NCBI GenBank assembly: GCA_965153455.1
Contig: OZ234493.1
Span: 4,216,001-4,280,000 of the forward strand
Length of the DNA stretch: 64,000 nt
DNA from: Sphagnum compactum
Lineage: Eukaryota
Direction: 5' to 3'
Positions 25,601 to 38,495 of this stretch are shown one piece after another (within the stretch, counting starts at the first letter, position 1; each line of letters opens with the position of its first letter). Position numbers and translations under genes: made by a program. The notes under the pieces are model-generated. The model saw nothing but the letters and a program-made list of their open reading frames with translations, was not told the DNA's origin and searched no databases.

Positions 25601-28600
25601 TTTTAGAAAAAATGTGAGTGATCTTATGTGATGTAGTTGTTGTTTTAATCATTTTTTTTCAATTACATGAGTCATGAGGTTAATTATAGTTGTTTAAGAC
25701 ATTTTTAGTCCTTTTTTTAATCGTGTTGGACATTATAATTGCATGGGATAAGTCGTGAAAGACATGTTTTGGTATTATGAACACTTTTGATCAATCAATA
25801 AATGTAATTAATTGAAATTAGTGTCATGAATCATTACATTAACTATTAGTTGTTAAAAAGATTCTTAATCATTTCTTAATTGTGTTGAACATTATAGTTG
25901 TATAGGACAAATCATCAAAGACATGTTTTGACATTGTGAACATTTTTGACCAAACAATAAATATAATTTTATTGAAATTAATGTTATCAATCATGAGGTT
26001 ATTACTAGTTGTAACATTTTGTTAACACATAACATGCCACATCATTATCATTAAAAAATGAGACACCATTAATTGCTATTAGGCACAAAAATAAATGATA
26101 TTTTTGAATTCTTAATTTTAGATCATTCAAATTCAAAATAATTACATAATTACATTAAAATTGAATAAGTTGCCATATTTATTATAGTTGTAAAACCATG
26201 ATGTCACATAGCATCATGATGTCCTTTGTAATTATATAATAATTTTTGTAATGAAATAGTTGTAAACATAGTCGAAAAAAACAATAATCATTTTTAAAAC
26301 TAATCATAAAACCCAAGATGTGTTGTTGTCTACAAAAGTTTCAACCTTATACCTTCCTTTATCTCCATGAATAAATTATAACCTTTAACCATTACACCAT
26401 TATACGAATAAATGATATGATTTATTATCACATATTATTATGCACATTTTTCTCCTAACCTACCTAAATATTTATCTTAAATATATTTTTTACTTATGTT
26501 ACTTTGTTATCGTACCTTACATACCTATGTAACCTAAAATACTAATAAGTTACTTTAAACTAATTTTAAGTTAATGTAAGCTACCCAAATCTACATGTAA
26601 GTTACCATAGGTTAGGTTTTTATGTTAATTTAAAAATATTTTAATGTTAATGAAAAATATTTTATGTTATTTTTATATTAATCTATTTTAGGTTATTCCT
26701 AAGTCAATGTAAAATATTTTATATTATTTATAAGTTAATGTATGTTATTATAAATTACTAAATTTATGTGTGGGTTACCATAGGTTAGGTTTCTATAATA
26801 GTCTAAGTGTATTTTAAGTTATGTATAAATTAATGTACATTCTTTTAGGTTATTACATTATTTTCAATTATTCTAAACTATTGGAAGATATTTTAAACTA
26901 TTCAATCTTTGGTATTTTAAATTTTAAATTTTAACCTATTTTTGATTAATTCAATTTTAGTTGTTTTAAATTATTATACCCATGGGTTTTTTCTAGTTAA
27001 TTATACATAACCAAATGATGTATTAAAAATTTAAAATGTTATAATTAAGAGTTGCTTGCGATTTTCATTAATAAAATCAAACATAAACAAAATAAAACAA
27101 TATGAGCAACGACCACAACATGTGCTAATTACGAACGGTCCAAATAAATGATCAGACTAAATTTATTAAGTTATTGTTTTCTTATTACTTTTCCTTTTTC
27201 AAGTTTAAACAACATTAAATCATTGCATTAAACTTTTTAAAATAAAGTTGTTGTTTTGATTGAAATTTAGCAAGGGATTGACTCTAGTAAATGGTGATAA
27301 GGTTTTGAGCATTAATCTACCTACAAGGATGAACCCTATTCAATAGTCTCTTTAATAAGTGATTTTTAAAAATGTGAATAAGAATAATTTACGTTTATGC
27401 CACAATTTAACATTTTTATACCTAGTCACATTCTCATCAATAATAGCTAATGCATTGGTGAGTAGCATTTAAATTTTGTAGTTCATTGTATGCTTAGTTC
27501 ATTTCATTGTTTACATGTTGAAAAGTAAAAGTCGAAAACTTTGTAATCATTGTTAAAAGTGTGTACTTAAATATTGTAAACAAACGAACGCTATAAGTTT
27601 TGACGTCCAAAAAAACATAAAATGAAGAATATATGGTTGTAAAAAATAAACAAGATCAATGTTTGGTCATTGGCTTAATTCACATTTTAAGATTTAACAC
27701 ATTCATTTTCTTCATGTTTTTTCTATGTTGTGTCTTTTACTTATAGAACTCAAATAAATCATGTAGGTTTTAACTTGATGCATCCATAAAGTTTTTGTTG
27801 AAGTTCAAAATAAAAGGTTTTATCATTTACAAAAGAATATATGTGTACATTTTAATGGACTTATTAATATAATGTACATATTATTTCAATCTCATTTCAA
27901 GATTACATTTTCACTTTCAATAAATTATATATTCTATAGGTGTGTTATAATATGTTGATTGTAACACAATTGATGACTAGTCACATATGAAATTGCACAT
28001 ATAAGTCAATTGTACAATAGCTTTACAATGTAATTATTGTGCAACTTGTTCATAAAATCAAATACATTTAATCATGACCATATAATCAATGTGTACATAC
28101 ATTTGTATAAGATCCATTTTACAATTGATGTGTAAATATAATAGAATTCAAATGATATTTGATGTGATTTAAAAAAATAGAAATTATCATATTTTTAGAA
28201 GGCAATTGTAATTTAATTGCATGGTAATTTCATAAAAGTCCATGATTGCAAATTGATGAAGTTTTCGCAAACACAATTTTTCATAATGAAATACATCATG
28301 TGACAAAGCTGATATTTTAATGAACAATGGAAATCTTGAGTAGTGTCATCAATAGAAGAAAACAGAAAAAAGAAGATTTGTTCATAGATTTGAAAATAAA
28401 AAATGAATATCTTCCGATATTTTGTTAATAAACATTCATTATAATAGATTAGGGAGTTAGTTGATTTTGCATTCAAAATGCATTGATTTTTAAAAATGTT
28501 TGTTAAATATTCATCAATGAAAATGATGATTATATTATAATTTCAAAAAGAATTGAATTGAAACTTTAATAATAAACATGCATATTTAAATTTTTATTCA

Positions 28601-29186
28601 TAACCTTACGTAAAGGGAATAATATATCATTTGTTGTCAAAAAAATCACAAGGATAATCAAAAGTTATATGCTACTACATAAGTTTTATAACACCAAATA
28701 AATTATTAAAAATTTATTTTGAATAAGCACTTTCAATGATTTTAGCTCCTAAATTTTTACGACATGAATTATATGCAAATGTAGAAAAAATTGTAAATTT
28801 CAAACTTTATTTTTGTAATTACTCTATTTTATCTCCCATAAAAAAACCTTCCATGAATTAAAACCCAATCTAAACTTTCCAAATAACATAAGGTTTATAT
28901 CACTTAAATTTATTACAAATTGTTAAGCTTCACCAAGTCATTCTATTACTAAACTGTCATTTGTAAAATTGAAAAAATGTTTTTGTGCAACAAATTTTTT
29001 ATGCATTTTAGTTCATCTATATCATAGTTTTTGTATAGTCATTCCCAACATTGTCTTTTACATCCAATTTGAGATCCAAATCTCTGAATTTCAACCCATC
29101 CTGTGGGTGGCAAGTTACAATTGATAAAAGCAGCATTGATGGATAAATGATGGAAATCAATAGGGAAGTGGTAAATGCAGCAATAC

Positions 29187-31860
29187 CTGGCATAAAAATA
29201 TGAGAGCTAAGGGATGGCGGACTGATAAAAGCTGTTGGGAGGAAATGCCCTTCCATTCCAGAAAGACGCCATGTGGCCATGTCACTAGAATGCTCACAGT
29301 GCCTTGCAATTATACCAAGCCAAAATGTGCCACCAGCTGCCCCAACAAAACCCAAGATGGAAAATCATCAGAAATTATATATGAGAAGTGATGCAATGTG
29401 CACTTGCAGGAGTATCTCAGACTGTAAATTTGTAAAAGGGCTACTTATCAATTACTTGATATTCTTACAAGGACTCTGCTGGTGGCCTGGATTTCCCACT
29501 TTCACCACACAAAAATGCATAGGATTGCTAGCAATGAATTCCCTATGCTCATAGAATATGCTAATACACATCTTGAATCACTGAATTGTGTGCCATCTCT
29601 CATTTTTTAACCTTATGGTCATTACACTTCAAATCAGCTTAGTTATGTGTACTCAAAACCAAGAACTGCACAAGATTTTGCACAAGGTAGCTTACCTCCA
29701 TACAACATAGATAACCACTGTCAAGTCCATGCCAGTTTCCCAATCAACAAGGCCGCACAATTTCACCCCAAAAGCCCAAATCAGTCTACTAAATGATCTT
29801 TCTCAAAAACTACAAGATTCATGATTCATGGCATCCAGTTTCTCTCCATTTCCATCTCTTTTGCAAAAGTTTGAAAAGGACCATCAAAATGCTCTTTTAT
29901 TCATTGACAAAACTGGTGCATATTTCTCTGAAGGCTCCTGAAATAGGCACATCAAGATTCAACAACCCAAAGCTGGAGCCTTCACAAACTATTTAAAGAG
30001 AACATTTATCAAGAGGCCCATACCTTCCTGCATCAATTACACACTTTTGGACATGGCCATTCTCATCAAAAAGCTTCACAGATGCACCTCTTGCAGGTGC
30101 ACCCTGATAACAAAAAATTCCCACACAGAATAAGCTTCACCCTGATATCATGACATAAAAATTCCGTGCTAGCTTTCCAGACATCCATTTGAGAGTTAGA
30201 GAGCACCTACTAGGTGAGTTGCTTGACATGAATCCAGGCATTGCTAATTTCCGGGGGATGATAAAATGAAAGAGGCTGAGCACAAAGCTCTACGTGGGAT
30301 CTGAAGGAACCTTCCAGCCACTGAGGATCACATGCCAATAATGCAAATGTATTACAAACTTGATTAAATCCTTCTCTGTTAGACAAGATTCAAACAAATC
30401 TTTGATGCACACTACCATTAGCATCATAACAGTGGTGAGGCAAGTAACGTAATAGTTGAGTGGATCCAAAAATGTTCTATTACTGACCTCAGAAGTTGCT
30501 TTGTGCTGTACATGCTACAAGTCAGTAGAGATCTAGTCATTCCAGAAATATGTCAATAGCTAAAGAAAAGTAATGATTGTTAACCTACTTGAGGAGCTCA
30601 AGACAGCAATCTCCATCAATATCAGCCACTGCCGCACCCCTTCTAAGACCTTTGGGTTCTTTGACATCCCCAATTTCACATTCCACCCAATTACCAGGTC
30701 CGTCCTGCATCCAAATCATCGAATTGTCTATGCCCATCAGCCTTTACATCTTCATGATTGTAGCAACAGCCTCACATCACATCCAGGCTTGCACCTAATC
30801 TTCAGGCTTTCAGTGGAGAATGTCTAAAGCAGATCTCCAATAGGAAGTTGCATCTCCAATATTAACAGAAAAAAAGAAGCGAGGAATCCAGCCATTGAAT
30901 AATCATATTTTCAGCAATCAGAAATCATGGATTGTGTGCCTGCAATATCTGCATGATCTGTTCCCTCACTTCCATAACTAGGTCTTAACATTCCTTTATA
31001 TCATGAGAGACAGGCACCTGTCAGAATAAGCGGTTGTTATCACCAATATTGTTGAAGAAAAGTTCTTCATAAATACCATTGTTGAAGTCAACTGCAATCA
31101 CTGTACAGATTGCAGATGGGTGTGCCCTGTCATGTGGTGCAACATCCTCAAACCCTCCACTATCAGCATCTGAAAAACCTAGTGCTTTTGCACCCCCTAA
31201 TAGACCAGATCCAAAAGGGGCATAAAGCCTGTGAGGACCCTGCCACATGTCCAAGATCAAAGTTTGACTAGGTGGCTGATGCCTCGGGAATTGCTAATTG
31301 GAGCCATGGAAGCACATCTAGATGCACATGAAGTTGTCCCCAACCAGAAACAGAGCCTGTCAAAGAGCATCAGACCAGAGAGAATTTTAAAGAGGTCCTC
31401 ACCTGCCAATTTCCACAAGCTAGACCCAATTCACCATTTCCCCTTACATCCACCACTGCAACTCCTCAGCAATTCTGAAACTGATCCATAAATTGGACAT
31501 GAGTGTCTTAGTTTATTCAGGATTTGCAAGTCAATTGAACCAAAGTGGCAAAACAAAATGGCATCCTTTCGCCATTGAGTGAAGTCCTCATAAGGACTTG
31601 TTATTTTATGAACTCAAAAATTTGCATCACCAGTGATAGCAAACTCATGGAATGAATGTTCAATGCCAGAAAAGGTCCTCACCTATATGTAGAAGCACAC
31701 TCCACATAGCATTCACTCTCGTCACCTTTGTTGATGAACAGAAAGTTTGGTCCTCCCTACCACAGGGCATCAGACAAAATCAGGTCCAGGATGATGGCAG
31801 ACTCCAGAAACAGATGCAAAGGGCTGAACACCTGCAGCCGACCCCTTGTGCCAAGACTTG
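29187..31860 (-). pseudogene. Spliced CRTAC1-like (FG-GAP/VCBS beta-propeller + ASPIC/UnbV) pseudogene, at least 8 exons
   Basis: Exons: ~31756-31683 GGPNFLFINKGD; ~31489-31403 DQFQNC*GVAVVDVRGNGELGLACGNWQ; 31239-31018 GPHRLY...TVIAVDFNNGIYEELFFNNIGDNNRLF*; 30704-30587 IGDVKEPKGLRRGAAVADIDGDCCLELL; 30300-30208 SHVELCAQPLSFY..NAWIHV; 30103-30024 GAPARGASVKL..VIDAG; 29717-29696 SGYLCCME; 29336-29187 VAHFGLV*..VTWPHG. Colinear with CRTAC1 motifs as recalled from memory. Confidence 0.88.
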
Positions 31861-34800
31861 CAGCTGACCACTCAACTCTGCATACCAATGTCTGGGACAC
31901 TCGAGTCCTCAAGAAAGGCATGAATGGAACTGCTCACCTTCTCCATGATTGGCTTCCTCAAAACACCCTGAAATGCCCTCCTCCTCCTACCACTACTACT
32001 GCTGCTCCTCCTCCTCCTACTGATCCTCCTGCAGCTCTTGGTCCAACTTGCCCTTCACATCCACTAGTGTTACCCATCTTGCAACCCTCAAAACCTCTTC
32101 CTTTCCAAGCTTGTGATATGCAAAGGGGATTGCTGCAGTCATGGGGGAAACCCTAAACAACCATCAAGACTCTCAAATAACTTCTCCCTTGCTAACTTAC
32201 CTTCCTCTCATTGCTCTTGATTTTTCATAGGTATAGATTGAACACCTCCTTCTGCACATCAATGATGTGGAGAAAAGCTATGTGATCAAAAACCCTGAGT
32301 ATGAAATGATCATAGATTCCTGCAGCTTCTACATTCTACCATGATCCACCATCATTGGCAACATGAATCCCATACAACTCAAGGCAACATATTCCCTACT
32401 ACAATGTGACCATTGTAACTTCATTTGTTCAGCTCCTGAATGATCTCATCATGGCAAAACTAAACACTTATGATGTCTTCAATACATTGGACAATGAATT
32501 CTTCCTCAAAACATTTAACTACAGCCTCTATGCTCCAATTAAACTTCTAAAATTAGGGCTTGTTCTTCTATAGCAAACTCTGTTCATATGTTGTCTGGCA
32601 ACCATGAATGACAACTGCGATTCCTTAACATAACATCTACCAACATAGAATGCAACCAAAATCACAAACCTAGTTAGCATAACAAGGACAGTGCCAAGAA
32701 TAACATAATGTGTGTGCAAAAGATAGACCCTTTGTTGCAAATGCCTGCCAATTCATCATCAAATGTTAGAAGCTCCATCATTAGTATTTGCCTTGCATGC
32801 ACGTGAACCTACCCATTCGTGTCAATTTTTGATTTTGACACTTTTGTACCTTGACACTTCGCAATCGAAAAGCTAGGCATTGAAAACTAGCAATCATGCG
32901 CATCAGAATGCATGTGCTATGTAGTTCACATAATCTTTGTGCCATAGGAAGAACTAATCTGCAATGGGATGTGTTGTAAACTACAAAATTTTAACTGCAT
33001 GCACAGACACCATATTATGGAAAGATTCTATCTAAGGAAGTTCAAAACCAACATATGGGAGCCTTCCCTATTGTTGAACTTGAGGATGAAGAGAAGGCTG
33101 AACAACAATCCTTTCAAGATCATCCCACTAATGGCAAACCCTTAATAGATGTAACATAGTCGGGGCGGAGAAATCTTTTGAAATGACTATTATGATATCA
33201 TATATTGTTGGTGCAAAACCATGCAAATTTTGAATAGTTGAAACAAAGCCTTGCATTCTAAACAAGACATTATAACACTACATAAACCATTTAGCTATAG
33301 AATTAGGGTACAAAAGGACACCTTGGCAATTTAAAGTAGAGAGAAAGGGTTCAGGAAACTTGACTCATTGTGGGGGACAAGGACATTACGTGGAACACAC
33401 ATTACATGGGAACATGCAAATTCTTGAGCACCAATGAGCTTGGCCTTGGTGAACCATGTTCCTTCAACAAAAAATGCTACCCATAGGACTCATGGAAATT
33501 TCTTCCATTTGTTGAAATCGGATTTGGAATAAACAAACACACCTCCAATTTAAAACAAGGTGTTCTTTTTTTTGAGGCAACTTAAGGTTTTTACTTCACA
33601 AAATTTCTTTTCCAATTGATTGACGATAATTATTGTTGGAACCGATGGATTTTTTTGTTGGTTTAGTACATTTGCGGGAGATTACTCTGATTCATAGAAC
33701 AAACTCTTATTAAGCTTTTGGGGATAATAAGAAAAAATATATAAAATTCATGTGATAGTTTCAGAGTCCTTTTTGTCTGCAAGCAACTAGTATTGAAACA
33801 AGGTTGCCTAAATATATCATGGTGTAGCATCAATGAGAGTGTCATCTACAAAAATCACATGTAAACATGTTCCAAAAGTGTTCTAAAATGAAAAACATTG
33901 CATGAATTAGAATATAGTGAAAACCTTCGGTGTATGCTCATCTTTAGCCCAATTTGGAACCAAGCAAACATATTCAAAGAACCACATGGACCACCCAATG
34001 ATTGTTAAATATTGTGTAAATTGTTTCATGACAACTTGTGTTTCTCCCGAAAATTGAAAATTAAAAATTCGATTGACACAATATTGTGGTTGATCAATGC
34101 ATGCAGGTTTGCAGCCAACTTTTGATGATAGACATAACTTTGGAAGAAAATAAATGAATGCTAATACAGTTTGGTTAAATGATTAGCAAATCTTGTTTTG
34201 ATACAAAAGACCAAAAAACCCAAGCTCGTCTTTTAATTATTGAATAGACTTTGCACCACTTTTTGTTTAGGATGATGATGATGTCAATGTTCAAAGAGAT
34301 TGATTTTGATTGTGACAAGCTCCAAAGGGACAAGAAAAATTGGATTTTCTCTAAAGTGTTGGAAGGATGCATGCCTTACTTACAAGGCACAACTTTCTCA
34401 TAGGCTTAGTCTATGCCTTAAATATTCCAAAGGATCACCAACCTAAACACATAAACATGAATAATGAATGTTGATTGGTCAAAACAACTTTTTAAAAAAA
34501 CTATGTAATTTCTTTTACAAGTAGAATCTTTATTGCCACACCTATTTATTCTTTAGCATCCATAGATAAACAATCGCATTTGACATGAAGCCTTATAATG
34601 GCCTCATCAACAACAATAATTCTTACATTTTAAGGTTTCTCCAACCCACCTTCTTCCATGACTTTCCAATCCAAAATTGTTTATGTAAAACAACTAGAAA
34701 AAAAAGGATGCATGCTTTCAACATCTTTTGCTAAAATAAAATTTCCAAAGATTAGGTTCTTAAGGGAGGTGCACCCATTAAACTGAACATAAACACCAAA

Positions 34801-36319
34801 ACCCAAATTGAAAGAAAGAAATGCACACACCAAGAAACCAATTGCTTGAATGGATTAACAATTTCCTTCAAATACAAATCCGATGCATTACTATTGTGAG
34901 AAGTTCCAAAAGCCGAATTTTTTAATGCACATTTTTACCAATAACAAGTGTTTGGGTGCTTTCACCCCAAATGTTTCAATTAAAACACTACTATAATATG
35001 TCTTCTTGCTCCTCCTCACCATTGTAGAGCTTTGGTTTTGACAACATTTCTATCTGCACACACAACATACAAAATCGCTTGAACATTGTTGATCATAAAA
35101 CATAAACTTGTTTCATAACCTTTGTTGTAAAACATATTGCCAAGCAAAGGCTGATAGAATTCTAATTTCATTAGGTGTGATCTTCAAAACCTTTGCACAT
35201 TTTTTTTCCATTTCTTCTTCCTCGTCTTGTCCTTCACCAATTCCACATTTGCTTGTCCTCCACTCCAGACCATGAGCAATTGCATTGGGGAAAACTTCAT
35301 CATGAATGTTGACAATCAACTCAACTATCATAATGTGCCATCTACCTATAGATTTTGGAGTCATTGATGAACAATTCCTTGAAATCCTTGCATTAAAACC
35401 ATGTAGTACGTGCACATTTAGCTTTTTGTCTTCTTCTTATCTTTAGAGGATTTCCGATGAGACTGACCAAGCAAGGAAGACAACAAACCCTTGAATCTAT
35501 GGTAGCAACATAGTATTTCCTTTGGTTGGCGATTACATGGTTTCATTTTGGAGCTAATCTTCCAAAATATTCGACACAAGAACGACAAAGCAAAAATGGC
35601 AAAATAGAACTGACAAATTGAAAGATTATAGAAGAAAAGACTACTCACAACATTTTTGACGTGCTTGAATTGGAGTTGTTTGCATTTAATGGCTAGACTA
35701 TGATGTTATTTAAATGCCAATTTATTGAAATTAATTTGTCAAAAAAATGCAACTTTCAAATTCTAAAATTTGGTCACATATGTTTTTTAATCATCCCTTG
35801 AAAAGTCCTATTTTGTATAGACTTGTAAATTTGTGTGTATTTCTTACACTATTCATGTAACATTTGTTTGCATATAAACAAGATATAAAATGTTGATATT
35901 TTTTCACCTACTTATCATACTTACATATCAAGTTAATTTGAAATTAAATCAAAGGCAACGAAAGTGATATAATCATCCTTGGATATCAAGATCCTATAAC
36001 ATTACTTTTTGCAAGTTATTTTCATTCTAAACATGTGTGCTTCATGCATTTAACTTTTGAAATTATAAAATAATTTAATTAAATTTAGTTAAAATATTTC
36101 ATTGCACATGATCAGAATTTTTTTCAACTTTTACATCAAAACTATTTTTAAAATCCAAAAAGAAAAATTTAGTTGAATTTACACTATTTTTTTTTTCTAA
36201 AACTTCCTCACTTCTTTTGTCAAGAAAATAATAAAGATTTTTGTTTTAAAAAGACATTGCATGTAATGTTCACCCAAATTATTATGAAAGTAACATTTGC
36301 ATGGCATGATGTTATTTTT

Positions 36320-36765
36320 TATACACTAAAAAATCGGGAGTGTTTTTTTCAAGCAAAATCATGATAATCATTACACTAAAATTGCAATTTGATATTAATG
36401 TAACATGTGGTACAAACTATTATGTGGCACAAATTTAATGTCAAATTGTAATATTGATGTATTATATAGGTCATAATTAACATGACACATTACATTATAC
36501 ATATATGTTCATGAATGAAATCATGAAGTTTATTTGACACATGTCATGAACCCCCTTCTATTGTAAGGATGCAAATGACAATATTCACAAACCTTTCACA
36601 AGCAAAAAGAATTGTCATATGTTGTTACATTAATTTTCTCTACATAGCTCTCTACTTGTGAAGATGTCCGGGCATGTGATTGTAGCCACTTGAGTGCCCT
36701 CGATCATCATATGAGGCTACTTGCCACCAAGGCCACTTGCAAGTGTCCTTAACATAAACAATGAT
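36320..36765 (+). repeat. ~440-bp dispersed repeat; inverted copy at ~41200-41630
   Basis: For example gggagtgtttttttcaagcaaaatcatgat vs atcatgattttgcttcaaaaacactccc, and aaggccacttgcaag vs cttgcaagtggcctt. Colinear in reverse throughout. Confidence 0.85.
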
Positions 36766-38237
36766 ACCTTACCACTTTGGGTGGATTTTAAGATCCTTTG
36801 ATAAACAAAATGGGATTTTAGCCCTTAAACCTAAGCACATTTCCAATATCATTTGGAGCATTAAGCTCATTCATTTGAGTAGCACAAATTGTTTTTTTTA
36901 CTTGCATTTGAGAATTAGGACAAATTATAACAAAATTAAGCCAAAATCTGAATCCAACCACATACACAATAATCTAAAACAAGACATCAAAGTATGCAAG
37001 AAAAATAATCAAATAAAACTTTATTCAAAACATGGAATAATTTGGGGGGAAAAAAAAAACTATGTTCAAACAAAAGATCATACATAAAATTAATGTTGAA
37101 CATATTGAAAATAACGCGGTGAACTAACTCAATTTATACTCATTTGGGGATTTAATTCAAGGAACCTTGTATGGAGCCTCTCATACGGTCCACTATCCAA
37201 GGGACTTTTTAAAAACCTTCCTAACTACACATTACAGATGAAAGTGGACAATGGTGGATAAATTTCATCCATTCTAAATGAAAGATGGACAATGATTCAG
37301 ATTAATCATGTGGATGAACTTCATCCATTACATGGAAAAAATATTCATGGGTGAATTTTGAAATCCATAAGCAGATTTCATTCATGAGCGATCAATTACA
37401 GAAATAAAATACTTCATTTTAAATAATTTACTACCAAAATCCTAATAGATGTTTAATGATGTACATTTGTGTAGGTCATGGGATGTTAATTGTGACATGA
37501 GGTTTCTGATTGACCAACATCTATTTCTCTTAGAAGCATTACTTCATGTCGACGTCGATAATGTCCCGTTTCAACAACATTGAAACGGGCTTCCAAATCT
37601 TGTGTTGCCTTCAACATGTGGGTTTTCCACCATTTGAGCAACATATTATTGATCAACAAGTGATTCAATTTCAAGATTCCCTCTCCAACATATATGAGCC
37701 CTTCTCATTAATGGAGTTACCAAGAATTTGAAGTATGCCATCTACATGAAGCTATGTAAGTATAACATTGTTATCAAACAGGTGTGACAATCCCTTTACA
37801 CAAGAAATGAACCCAACATATTGTCATAGTTTGGACTTACCCTAAGCATATAAGCCAATTAACATTGACCTTGCTAGAGTGCGCCCAACAATGTGTGAAG
37901 ACATACGTGCTTACTAATTGAACTATTATCAAAACTGAAAGCTAATTTATCAAACAAGATTAGGCCGATGGGTAGTCCAATACATACTTCAAACATTGGG
38001 GATTATGTGGCTCAGCGCCATATACTATCCATCCTTTATGGTGTGATGGTGAATGCTAGTTCACTATGGCCGAACATCTTGGGGTTTTTTGAAAACAAGT
38101 TGTTGTGTATTAAAGTTATCCATAAAGTCAGGTGATTAGGGGGTGAGAACGGCCAGTTTTGACATAATAAGGCATCAAATGCTTAACTGGGAATGAAATT
38201 CTACGAAACAAAACAAGTGGGACCCCAACTAGCTTTT

Positions 38238-38495
38238 CCACCAATTTTGGTGGTAAATTGAGTTTCATCCCCTCTTTCATTTTGCCTGAGCGCCTCCGCT
38301 GCAGCAGCTACATATATTTTCACTGCTCCTATCTGTACAACTACTATAATTACTCTCGAACCTTGTGCATTAAATGCTGAGTTTCAGCATTTCATACTGA
38401 GATTTAATAAAAATGTCCTTACTTTGTGAATACCACTGAAAGAGGGGACAGGGGTGAAAGAGAGGGTGACTTTACGGATAACTTTATTGACTCAT
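38238..38495 (+). repeat. Single inverted, diverged copy of the 186-bp array monomer plus the array's unique left flank
   Basis: ggtggtaaattgagtttcatcc...cctgagcgcctcc...tgtacaactactataattactctcgaaccttgtgcatta...cactgaaagagggga...actttacggataact matches the reverse complement of ~41865-42110. Confidence 0.85.

Noticed and set aside
25600-29000. Very AT-rich tract with a degenerate ~180-bp duplication near 25650-26000
   Set aside because: No ORFs, termini or structure beyond old repeat debris.
33000-35650. Possible decayed DNA-transposon coding remnants (also 37450-38000 and 57600-58450)
   Set aside because: Coding-like texture, but no diagnostic motif could be read with confidence.
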